DNA of 62,906 bases, filler included, from Thraustochytrium aureum (taxonomy: Eukaryota), in assembly GCA_012862495.1 (NCBI GenBank). It is 5 parts of 4 records of this genome, joined end to end, with 100 filler letters (N's around TTAATTAATTAA, not from the genome) between each part and the next. Parts side by side here need not be neighbours in the genome. Positions count along the whole stretch, not along the records: positions 18,076 to 34,693 come from BLSG01000274.1; 4 more parts are not named here. The stretch is one strand, 5' to 3'. The stretch's first letter is position 1. Each line of letters opens with the position of its first letter. The notes beneath the pieces are model-generated. The model was not told where the DNA came from and did no database searches. It saw nothing but the letters and a program-made list of their open reading frames with translations. The position numbers and the translations under genes were made by a program. This document shows positions 22,957 through 33,255 of this stretch, in pieces.

Positions 22957-24348
22957 TTATCTTCCTCGAGTTCCGCTATTGTGCACTATTTCAGAGCTTA
23001 GTTTTGGATTGAAGAGCCGGGCGAGAGCAGTCTCGAGCGTCGGCTCGCCGATCTCCTGCAGCTCGTAAAAGACGCGCGTCGAGGGCTTGTCGATCTTGAT
23101 GATGCGCCGCAGGTCGATCGGCGTCGCGATCACCACCGAGTCGCAGTCGCACTTGTTGATCGTCTCCTCGAGGTCGCGCGTCTGCTCCTCGCCGTACCCC
23201 ATCGCCGGCAACAGCGTGCCGATGTTGGGGTACTTTGCAAACGTCTCCGCTATCTGGCCAACAACCCAGGGCCGCGGGTCCACAATCTCGCTCGCAGCAA
23301 ACTTTTGGGCCGCGATGATGCCAGACCCGAGCTTCATCTCGCCGTGCGTCAGGGTCGGCCCGTCCTCCACGCACAGCACGCGCTTGCCCGTGATGACAGA
23401 CATGTCGTCCACAAAGATCGGCGAGGCCGCGTCGACTACCATCGCTTTCGGGTTGATGCGCTGAATGTTGCGGCGCACCTCGTTGATGGCCGCTGCGTCA
23501 GCGGTGTCCATCTTGTTGATCACCACAACGTCGGCCATGCGCAGGTTGGTCTCGCCTGGGTGGTAGCCCACCTCGTGCCCGGCGCGGTGCGGGTCCACCA
23601 CTGTGATGCACAGGTCGGGCTTGAAAAAGCTAAAGTCGTTGTTGCCGCCGTCCCAGAGCACCACGTCCGCCTCCTCCTGCGCCTGGTCGAGGATGGCCTG
23701 ATAGTCGACGCCGGCGTAGATCACATTGCCCTTGATCACGTGCGGCTCGTACTCTTCGCGCTCTTCGATCGTGCAGTTGTGCTTCTTCAAGTCGTCAACC
23801 GTTGCAAACCGCTGCACGCGCTGGGCCGCCAGATCTCCGTACGGCATTGGATGCCTGCACGAGACGACCTTCTTGCCCAACTTCTTGCTGAGAATCTCGA
23901 CCACTCGCCGTGTCGTCTGGCTCTTGCCGGCGCCCGTGCGCGAGGACACCACCGCGACCACTGGTTTCGTGCTCTTGAGCATGGTCTCGTGGGGCCCGAT
24001 GATCTTGAACGAGGCGCCAGCCGCCAGCACGCGCGATGCGGTGTGCATCACGTCCTCGTGCTTGATGTCTGAGTACGCGAACACGACCTCGTCCACCTGG
24101 TGCTCGCTAATCAGCTTTTCCAGCTCGGCCTCGGGCCGGATCGGGATGCCGTCCGGGTACAGCTTGCCGGCCAGTTCGCTCGGGTACTTTTTGTCGTCGA
24201 TGCCGGGGATCTGCGTCGCAGTGAAGGCGACCACCTTGGCCGCCTCGTTGTCGCGGTACACGGTGTTGAAGTTGTGAAAGTCGCGCCCAGCTGCGCCCAT
24301 GATCACCACCCTCCTGGGCTCGCCAGCGCGGTTCGCAATCACGCTCAT
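22957..24348 (-). CDS. COG2403 / cyclic 2,3-diphosphoglycerate synthetase-related P-loop protein, ArcE (arginine synthetase)-like
   Basis: IMGAAGRDFHNFN, VVAFTATQIP, YP.ELAG.LYPDGIPI, P-loop RTGAGKSQ, RHPMPYGDL, TIEEREEYEPH, WDGGNND, YHPGETN, VEDGPTLTHGEM, LLPAMGY. Intact, intronless 463-aa ORF. Confidence 0.85.
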   Translation of the reverse strand: MSVIANRAGEPRRVVIMGAAGRDFHNFNTVYRDNEAAKVVAFTATQIPGIDDKKYPSELAGKLYPDGIPIRPEAELEKLISEHQVDEVVFAYSDIKHEDVMHTASRVLAAGASFKIIGPHETMLKSTKPVVAVVSSRTGAGKSQTTRRVVEILSKKLGKKVVSCRHPMPYGDLAAQRVQRFATVDDLKKHNCTIEEREEYEPHVIKGNVIYAGVDYQAILDQAQEEADVVLWDGGNNDFSFFKPDLCITVVDPHRAGHEVGYHPGETNLRMADVVVINKMDTADAAAINEVRRNIQRINPKAMVVDAASPIFVDDMSVITGKRVLCVEDGPTLTHGEMKLGSGIIAAQKFAASEIVDPRPWVVGQIAETFAKYPNIGTLLPAMGYGEEQTRDLEETINKCDCDSVVIATPIDLRRIIKIDKPSTRVFYELQEIGEPTLETALARLFNPKLSSEIVHNSGTRGR

Positions 24349-25428
24349 CCTCTCCTTGTCCGTTCGCTCCGCCGTTCGCTCGCTCGATCAACCAGGCGCG
24401 GCCTCGTTCGACGTGGTCTTCGAGTTGGGGGATTGATGATTGCACATAAGCCTCGCGTTGGTTGGGCTGGACCCGGCCCTCATCGATTGGAATGGAAGGC
24501 CTGCCTGCAGCGGGCGGGAACAAAGCCCCTCGGGCCGCATCTGCTGCGGCGCTTTCGACTGCGAGCCGAAACGACACCGCAAGAACGCTCCCGAAGACGA
24601 GTGATGTGTGGGCAACCAGAGCGGAACGGATCGCCCTCCAGCTTCGCCCCGAGGGCCAAGGACACGCCCAGCGCACCTCCACCGCCTGGCTTGCGGACTC
24701 CCTCGAAGAGCAGGGAACAAACACACAGGAGTTGGTTGCGGTTGATCAGGATGCATCAGTCGCCAGTTGCGGTTGATGGATTGCAGCGCTCCAACAGCGC
24801 CAGCTGTTGCTGCTGCGCCTGCAACCCGATCCGAGGTGGGTCGACCGTGGCAAGGAGATCCTCGTCAGGCCGCGCCAAGTTGGCGAACGACTCGGAGTTG
24901 GCGCTGCAACTGCGCGGGAGAGGAGATTCTCTCCGCGTATGTACCCGAAGCCGACTCGGACTTGGTATCGGGGCAAGATCTGCACTGCTCCGACCAACAA
25001 ATGCACCTGCATCAGGTCGGACGTGGTGCGCCATCGCTGTTCCCGCGCTCGGAAGGTTGCTGTGGACTCGGAGCTGGCATTCCGCGACGGCGTTGTTGGC
25101 CTTCGCGAGTGCATGCGGCGCTCATGCTCATCAGTTGCTACTCGGCTGCACTCCAAAACGTGCTGCGAGCAGCAGCAGAGTTCAACTTGGCCTGGCCTGC
25201 CTGATGCTCGAGTGAGCGCGAGTACTCCCGCCTGCCTTCGCTCGCGTTTGTTTGTTTGATTGATTGATTGAGCGCGAGCGAGCGAGCGAGCGAGCACTCG
25301 TACGACGGAGAAAAACTCGGGAGCCAGGATTGCAGCATCGACCGGCTGCCGCGGGCGTCCTCTGCCAGGTCGAAAGCCGCCCTGAGGCTCGGAAACTCTT
25401 GCTGCCCAAGACGGGCTTGGCCCACGAA

Positions 25429-26536
25429 ATGAAGGCGGCCCGTGCCGCAGAGCGTGCGCGGTGCGTCGGCTACGGCGGCATGCACGCAGCGCCGTGGACG
25501 CGCGGCGGGCCGAGCAGGAGGCGCCACGCGGCGCGCGATTTTGGCAGCAAAAGCTCGCAACGCCCACAGCGCGTGCTCGTTGCGATAGGCGGCAACTCGC
25601 TTGTCACGAGCAACAGCGACAACACGTTCGAGTCGCAAAAGGCGCTGTCCAGGAGACGGCCCGCGGCATCGCGCAGCTTGCCCGAAGCGGCTGCGGCGTC
25701 GTCGTCACGCACGGCAACGGACCGCAGGTCGGGTTTGACCTCCTGCGCAGCGAAGCAGGCGCGCGAGCGGGGACGCCCCCACTGCCTCTGGATGCCATTG
25801 ACGCGCAGACCGAGGGCGAGCTCGGCTTTTTGCTCCAGCAAGCGATTCACAACGAGCTCTTCGCCGGGGGGGCCGGCCGCTGAAATGCCCCGTGGCCTTG
25901 ATCACCCAGGTCGTCGTGGACAGCGCGGACCCCGCTTTCAAGAAACCAACAAAGCCAGTAGGCGGCTACTACGACGAGGACACTGCGCGAGACAAGATGG
26001 CACAAGAGGGCTGGGACATGCGCGAGGACGGCGCAAGGGGCTGGCGACGCCTAGTCGCCTCGCCGGCCCCCATCGAGATTGTCGAGCAGGACGCCATAAG
26101 CGCGCTCGTCGAGCACGGCAACGTGGTGATCTGTCTTGGCGGCGGCGGCATACCCGTCTTGCGCGACGAGCGCAGCGGCGCGCTCTCGGGCATCGCTGCC
26201 GTCATCGACAAGGACGCCAGCTCTGCCATGCTGGCGACCGCGCTCCACTGCGACGCCGTCATCTTCTCCACTGGCGTTCCTCAGATCTGCACCGACTTTG
26301 GCCGCCCCACCGAGCGCGCCCTGGCGCGCCTCACAGCCTCTGAGGCCCGCGAGCTCGCTGAGGCCGGCCACTTCCCGGCGGGAAGCATGGGGCCGAAGGT
26401 GGAGGCCGCCCTGTCCTTCATCAAGTCCGCGATGGGCTCAGAGGAAGCCGTGGCCATCATCACCGACCCGGCCGGGCTCGCCGAGGCCCTCGACGCGGAC
26501 TCAGCTCGGCGCACGGTCATCGCGCGGTGTGGCTGA
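25429..26536 (+). CDS. arcC: Carbamate kinase with Arg/Ala-rich N-terminal extension; two homopolymer frameshifts (A run ~25637-25640, G7 run 25866-25872)
   Basis: VAIGGNSL; VTHGNGPQVG; AQTEGELGFLLQQ; TQVVVD..DPAF.KPTKPVG; GWRRLVASPAP; GGGGIPV; AVIDKD; GHFPAGSMGPKVEAA. Start codon uncertain (25429 or 25480). Confidence 0.9.
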
Positions 26537-27284
26537 GTTGCGCGTCTTGCGAGGCCCCCAACCAACGAAAACAAGCCTGTACCGGCCTGCCAACCTTCTG
26601 CAGCCCGACCGACAAACCTGACCGGAAGAAAGGTCTGGCAGTGGCGTCCCTTGCCCGCGACGCAGGCGCGCAGCGCTGTGAACATCGCCAGCGGCAGCGC
26701 GAACCGTCGTCGTCCATCGGGATCACTATTCCCGGTCGTGATCATCGTCTCCTTCCACGCCGAAACGAATTGTTCGCAGCTTTCAGCCCAACGCAGGCAG
26801 GCGAAACTCTGCAGCTAGAGCCCCGGCCGCGGCATCCCTTGCTCCCCCCGAGGCAGGAGCGAGCGCAGCGCGGTGGACGTTTCCATCATCGCGATCATTG
26901 TCGTCCTTCCTTCCTTCCTGAACGATCATCCCCTGCGAAAACAACAACAAAAAACCATGCCCAACGAAGAAAACCAGTGCCAAGCCAGACCCGGCCGAGG
27001 CATCCCTTGGCCCGACGCAAGCGCGCAGCGCGGCCGACTCCGCGGTTGCCGTCGCGGTCCTCGTCGTCCATCGGGAACATTGTCTCTCGCCGAAAGTCTA
27101 CCATTCCGAGCCCCGTTCTGTGGCCCTGAGCAGATCCCCGAACGCGTCGGCGGCAGCGAGGCAGGCGAGCGGGCGGGCAGGCGACGGGCGGAGCGACGTT
27201 TCGAGGTGTGCTAGACGCCGTTTTTGAGCCGGGTGCGGGCCTTTAGCTGGCGCCATGTGGCGGAATGTGACATTTCGAGCGGCC

Positions 27285-28451
27285 ATGGGCGCCGCCAAAT
27301 GCCGCGGCTCGCTCGCGCAGCGCGCCTGGGCGGCGCGAGACGTGGCCTCACGCGCTCATCAACACGCGTGGGCGCCCAGGGCCATGCTGGCTGCGACGGC
27401 GGCCGGCGCTGGCGCCATCGTCGGGCTCGCCGCGTGCGAAGACGCCGAGCAGAAGGCGGTGGAGCACGTGGAGGCCAAGGACTACCAGGGCGCCAACCAG
27501 GTTGATGTCGGCGAGGCTGTCGCGCAGGATAAGGAGGAGGATAAGGAGGAAGAGGAGGAGGAGGCCCCGGCGCCGCCAAAGTGGGAGTTTGTCGAGGTGA
27601 AGAATGACTATGCCGGGGTGTTCTTGAACGAGGCCAGTAAGGCCAAGCTGCGCGAGCGCTTCCCGCCAAAGTTTGCCAACGAGGGCTACGATCACATGAC
27701 TGTCATCTTCGAGCCAACCAAAGAAGACGTTCTTGACCAGGACGACTTGCTCACAGACAACTACACGCTTCACGTGATCGCGCACGCCGAGGACGAACAT
27801 GCGCAGGCGGTGCTCGTCGAGTTGGAGCACCCCCATGTCAAGTCGCGCAACAAGTACGCGCACGTGACTCTATCGTGGGACGGCAGCCCGCGGTACGAGG
27901 CCAAGTACAGCAACATTCTGTTCAGCCGGTTTGCGGACCGCAAAGGCGCGCGGGCCGTGTTTCGGCTATCAACCGACGTGAAACAGCCCACGAGCTGGGA
28001 GGGCGAGCTGCCAGTGGCCGGGCCGTTTGCGGCCTCGCAGGGTCGCTTGGTAAATGTAGAGGAAGAGGCGATCACGCTGGAGGGCACCTACTGCCTCGCG
28101 AGCCAGTGGGACGGCGCCGCCTGCTCCTATGTGCACGAGAACGGCTGCTCGTTCTGCAAGTTCATGAAGGGCGGTCCCTGCCGCGCCGAGTTTTCTGCCT
28201 GGGAAAAGTGTGTCTCCGCCTCCCGGGAGGAGGACGGCAAGGACAGCGACAACTTTATTGACCGCTGCGGCAGCCTGACGCTTGCGCTCAAGACGTGCGT
28301 CGACGCCAACACCGATTATTACTATGCCCTCACCGGGGACGAGGAGACCGGCGCAGCCGACAGCGTCGAGGTGGATAGAGCCAGCGTCGAGGCAGAGAGC
28401 GCGGGCGAAGCCGGCGCGGAGCCCCAGAGCCCGACGAAGGACTCGATTTAG
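27285..28451 (+). CDS. Putative mitochondrial protein: presequence/TM-like N-terminus, acidic linker, 2H-phosphoesterase-like domain, C-terminal GCK/Mia40-like cysteine domain
   Basis: Two HxT motifs (DHMTV, AHVTL). C-terminal CSFC-KFMKGGP-C-x9-C…C-x9-C-VDANTDYY. Start uncertain (27255, 27285 or 27384). Confidence 0.65.
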   Translation: MGAAKCRGSLAQRAWAARDVASRAHQHAWAPRAMLAATAAGAGAIVGLAACEDAEQKAVEHVEAKDYQGANQVDVGEAVAQDKEEDKEEEEEEAPAPPKWEFVEVKNDYAGVFLNEASKAKLRERFPPKFANEGYDHMTVIFEPTKEDVLDQDDLLTDNYTLHVIAHAEDEHAQAVLVELEHPHVKSRNKYAHVTLSWDGSPRYEAKYSNILFSRFADRKGARAVFRLSTDVKQPTSWEGELPVAGPFAASQGRLVNVEEEAITLEGTYCLASQWDGAACSYVHENGCSFCKFMKGGPCRAEFSAWEKCVSASREEDGKDSDNFIDRCGSLTLALKTCVDANTDYYYALTGDEETGAADSVEVDRASVEAESAGEAGAEPQSPTKDSI

Positions 28452-28842
28452 CGCCGAAGCTTTCGCTCTTGCTCGATTGAAAGTTCCAAAAAGGGGTTGC
28501 TCGGTTTTTCCTATCCGACCTTGTTCGTCACACCTGCTGCGGAGTGCCACGATGAGCGCCGCGCTGTTGATGGGACGGCGCAACTCGGCGCGGTGTCTAA
28601 TGAATTTGACAACGCAGATCTTTTGGTGTTTTCGAGTCAATCAAGCAAAGCCGACCTCGCAGAGCTCGGGCCAGGCAGCAAGTTGTGCAGGAATTCGAGT
28701 TGCAAGTGGGCCGCATTGGGTTGCGCATTTTTCAGTTGAGGTCCTGTGGGGAACACAAGGTTGACATGAAAGGTTGGCGGGCTTGGCTCGCAGGAGGATG
28801 CCCTTTGCAGCAGGACTTGTGTTTGGACGCAGCAAAGCAAGC

Positions 28843-31722
28843 CTAGATCTGGAAGACCACATCGCTCAGGTCAAGCAAAGTGCGATCCGTCTGATACACG
28901 ATCCCAGCTTGCGCGACTTCGGGCCCAAAAGCCTTGGCGACAACGTCCCGTTGCAGCGCCGGCGCAGAACCGACGACAAACTCGATTCTGGTCTCCCAGA
29001 ACTCGTCCAGCAGCTCGATGTCCAAAAGGCTCGACTGGAGGACCTCGTAAGTACAGGCTCTTAGCACGACCCACGCTTCGAGGACGTCGCCGCTGCTGTT
29101 GCGCAGGCTGGCGCGCTCAAACTTCGCCAAGCGCAGGCCCCCACTTGCACGCCTTTGGTCCTTGTCCAGCGTCCGAACGAGGACAAACTCCCCGACGCCA
29201 ATCCTCTTCTGGCCGCACCGAATGACGGAATACGTCCCAAGTTTGGTGGAGGAGCTCGGGCCCGAGGGGAAATAAACCCGGCGTTGATTGACCCAAGCAG
29301 ACTTGGCGTGGAGCAGATGAAGGCGGGACACCTCCTCTTCAGCCGCAAGCCGTGGCTGAAGCTCAAATACCTGTTTGCTGGCGAACATATAGTGGTGCTC
29401 AGCCAGGCCGCGGCGATTTGGCCGAACGCCATGAACGATAGTGTCAAACACATACGTATGCGAAACGACTTTGTGCTTGGCCGCCATGTGGGCGTACAAA
29501 TAGGACGCGAGCGGTTGGTGCACAAAGTCCGGGTCGCATACGATCAGGCTGGAGACCTCAAGGCTTGTGACCACCATAGCACCGGCTTGATGGAGCAAAT
29601 ACTCCAACTCGGCCTGAACAGGGCACGGCGCGACGTACACCCTCATGTCGCGAAATGCAAACCTGGGATTCGCTGAGGCGCGAAGCACCCATCCGTGGCA
29701 GCCGGTCTCGCTGAGCAAAGGCCCACGCGGGAGCAGGTAGTCGCGTCGGTTAGGGGTTCGCCGATTGAGGCGCGCGTCACGAACATAGTTGATGTGCGTG
29801 AGATCAATGCCGTCGACCTGCAGCGAGAGTGCACGAATGGTATAACATGCAGAGGGGCGAGCGAGAAAGATTTGGCTAACCGGGTGCTTGAAGCTGGTCC
29901 GATCCGCGGTGTCCAGGCTCTCGCCCGTCTTGTCGATTATGGTCGCACCTAGCTGACGTGCCTCCAGGATAACCGAGGCGTCGACGCCAGCCAGCACGAC
30001 CAACGTTTTCCCGGCGAGGACGTCGGGAGTAGTCGAGCCCGCATCGAGCTGGGCTGTATGCTCGGCCGCTTGTTTGATGACCGGGCCGTACCCAACAACC
30101 TTGGATGTCCGCGCTGGCGCCTCCCTCGAGTTTCGTTCGAGAGAAGCAGGAGCTGCAATGGTGGCGGCGACAGGTTGGCCAGGATGGCGCAAGGTGGGCG
30201 CACCTCCGAAGCTGCTGCTGTGAGCTGCTGGGACCGTATGCGGCCTTCCGAGCGCTGGTGTGTCTGCAGTNNNNNNNNNNNNNNNNNNNNNNNNNNNNNN
30301 NNNNNNNNNNNNNNNNNNNNNNNNNNNNNNNNNNNNNNNNNNNNNNNNNNNNNNNNNNNNNNNNNNNNNNNNNNNNNNNNNNNNNNNNNNNNNNNNNNNN
30401 NNNNNNNNNNNNNNNNNNNNNNNNNNNNNNNNNNNNNNNNNNNNNNNNNNNNNNNNNNNNNNNNNNNNNNNNNNNNNNNNNNNNNNNNNNNNNNNNNNNN
30501 NNNNNNNNNNNNNNNNNNNNNNNNNNNNNNNNNNNNNNNNNNNNNNNNNNNNNNNNNNNNNNNNNNNNNNNNNNNNNNNNNNNNNNNNNNNNNNNNNNNN
30601 NNNNNNNNNNNNNNNNNNNNNNNNNNNNNNNNNNNNNNNNNNNNNNNNNNNNNNNNNNNNNNNNNNNNNNNNNNNNNNNNNNNNNNNNNNNNNNCGCCAA
30701 TGCAGGAGCCATTTTAGTACCGCCTGGCTCGGAAAGCGACAGTGCGCGAGCGCGCTGCGCGACAGGCTTAAAGAGTGGCCAGCTAGGCCCCCCCGCCATT
30801 GAAGCGGACGATCCTCCCGCGGCTGGCACATTTGGGGCGGCAGTGTGGGGTCCAGCACGAAGGATGCTTCCTCGTTTGCGAATTTTGTCTGCAATGCTCG
30901 GAGGGAGCGCATTCACGCCGCTCGGATTTTGCGAGCTTGCCATCGCAAGGCGAACAAGATCGGCCCCCTTGGCAAGTTTCGAAGTGCCTTCCTCTGCGGC
31001 GCCGTTCTTGCCTTGCTCAGAGACACTCGAATTCAAGGCCTCCTCCGCCGCCGCTCTCGAGGCCGCGCCCTCCATGGGCGACGACACTGACTTTGGGGGC
31101 TGCGCAGTCGCACGAGGCTGGAGCTGATCAAGTGCTCCTATCTCAGAAAGACGGCTTTTCTGCGCCACGGGGCTGGCTTGGTTGCCCTCGTCTCCCGCTT
31201 GCGCTGGACCGCTCAGCTCCGTAGCCGGCGCTGCGGTTCGAGATTGAGAGATCTGAGACAAACCGGCGCCTTGTGCGAAACGCTCAGACGGGCCAGATGC
31301 AACTGCGGCCGATTTTGCTGTCGATGCTTCGTCTGCCTGAGGATCTGCAGAGTTGCCGCTCGTGGTAGCACTCGGTGGGATGCCGGCACTGGCGGCACGC
31401 GCTATGACGGTCGCAGCAGTACTCTGCGGGGCGGCTGTGCTGGAGGCGCTCGCTGCGTGGCTCGTGGGTGGATTCGATAATTCGCCAGCTGGTGCGGGCG
31501 CCTTGGCAGTTTTGGCCGTTCCCTCTGAAGAGGCAGCGCTTGCTGCGCCACTCTTGGAAGGACTCGATTCCCCGTCCGGCGCAGCGGGGGCCGTGTGGCT
31601 TGGAGCATGCAGCCCTGGCGCGCCAGCGACAGGATTTGTCGCTTTGGGGCCTTGCGCGGCACTCGCAGCCTCGCTAGGCGCGACAGCAGCAGTTTTCAGC
31701 ATCTCTGCAAATGTTCTCGGCT
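28843..31722 (-). CDS. Large hypothetical nuclear protein: low-complexity N-terminal region, tandem BRCT-like repeats and a possible BAH-like C-terminal segment; gapped, 5' end unresolved
   Basis: BRCT-like segments LAGKTLVV…ARQLGATII and FRDMRVYV…LLHQAGAMVV…VVSHTYVFDTI; YSVIRCGQKRIGVGEFVLVR resembles a BAH start; Ala/Ser/Pro-rich open frame at 30695-31722. Confidence 0.5.
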
Positions 31723-33255
31723 NNNNNNNNNNNNNNNNNNNNNNNNNNNNNNNNNNNNNNNNNNNNNNNNNNNNNNNNNNNNNNNNNNNNNNNNNNNNNN
31801 NNNNNNNNNNNNNNNNNNNNNNNNNNNNNNNNNNNNNNNNNNNNNNNNNNNNNNNNNNNNNNNNNNNNNNNNNNNNNNNNNNNNNNNNNNNNNNNNNNNN
31901 NNNNNNNNNNNNNNNNNNNNNNNNNNNNNNNNNNNNNNNNNNNNNNNNNNNNNNNNNNNNNNNNNNNNNNNNNNNNNNNNNNNNNNNNNNNNNNNNNNNN
32001 NNNNNNNNNNNNNNNNNNNNNNNNNNNNNNNNNNNNNNNNNNNNNNNNNNNNNNNNNNNNNNNNNNNNNNNNNNNNNNNNNNNNNNNNNNNNNNNNNNNN
32101 NNNNNNNNNNNNNNNNNNNNNNNNNNNNNNNNNNNNNNNNNNNNNNNNNNNNNNNNNNNNNNNNNNNNNNNNNNNNNNNNNNNNNNNNNNNNNNNNNNNN
32201 NNNNNNNNNNNNNNNNNNNNNNNNNNNNNNNNNNNNNNNNNNNNNNNNNNNNNNNNNNNNNNNNNNNNNNNNNNNNNNNNNNNNNNNNNNNNNNNNNNNN
32301 NNNCCGTCTCGGCTGGGCCTGCGTCAGTGGGCGCGTTGGCCTTGGCTGCCTGCTGGCGCCAACCTCGCTTCCACGGCGCGCCGTCGAGCTAAGGTTGCCG
32401 CCTCCAGGTCTCGCCATAGCGTATCGGCTTCCTCGAAGCAGCGCTGCCGCTTCGAAAAGGCAGCCGTGTCCGTCGCCATGTCGGCCGCGCCGGTGCGACG
32501 CCGGGCAAGTTCGCGCGGTGGGAGCGAGGAGCTGGACTCGAGATCCCGGGAATCAATCTCGCTGCCTGCTCGCGCCGCAGCAAGACGCGCCGCAGAGGCC
32601 TGCGCCGACTCGACGCCGCCCCCGCCCGTGGACCTCTTCGAAGCTGCCGCAGAGCTCCGCGAAAGAGGCCTGCGGGCGCGCGCTGGGGGCGGTTTTCAAA
32701 CTGAGACTGCTGCCAAGAACGACAGATCATTCATTCCGTGCGAACCGACCTCGCGCTTGCCAGTCTTGGAGCCATGGGCTGCCTGCCAGCGCAACGTCGG
32801 TCAACGCTGGGCCAGGAACATCGGCAGTTGATTGCATTGCGGTTTGCGATGGTGGCGTGTGTTCATGGCGCGAAGCTTTGGGAGGTCCTGGCGTTCATTG
32901 GCGGCCAAGTGCTCAAGGAGGGGGGGACCGTCCGCTCGTCGCCAACATGAACGCGACCTTGCCTGAAGCGCGCGCCTCGTAGCGTATCGCTCGCCTTGCT
33001 CCTTCCTCCAATCTGCACTCGACCGCCTTTGGCACTCTGCAAGCATGAACCGGTTCAGGACGAGGCTCGTCGCTTTTGGCTTTTCCGGTCACCCCAGGCC
33101 CAAGCGCCAAGACCAAGACAATCACTAGCAGGGCGCCACAGGCGCGTATAAACTGTATCGACTCGCGGCGTCCTTTCTTTCTTTTCGTGCTGTTGTTGCA
33201 AAGAAGCGCAGGGTCCTGCTGTTGCGGATTTGACACCGCTGGCAGGTCGCGCGCG

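Noticed and set aside
22957..24348. Literal annotation as cyclic 2,3-diphosphoglycerate synthetase or generic GTPase
   Set aside because: The GAAGRDFHNFN-type N-terminus and linkage to carbamate kinase favour the ArcE-like subfamily, and no 2-phosphoglycerate kinase is nearby. Not excluded without a phylogeny.
24349..24360. AAGGAG upstream of the ArcE-like ATG as a Shine-Dalgarno site or sign of bacterial contamination
   Set aside because: Spacing is only 3 nt, and the same GAGAGG-ATG context precedes the clearly eukaryotic ATP synthase epsilon gene.
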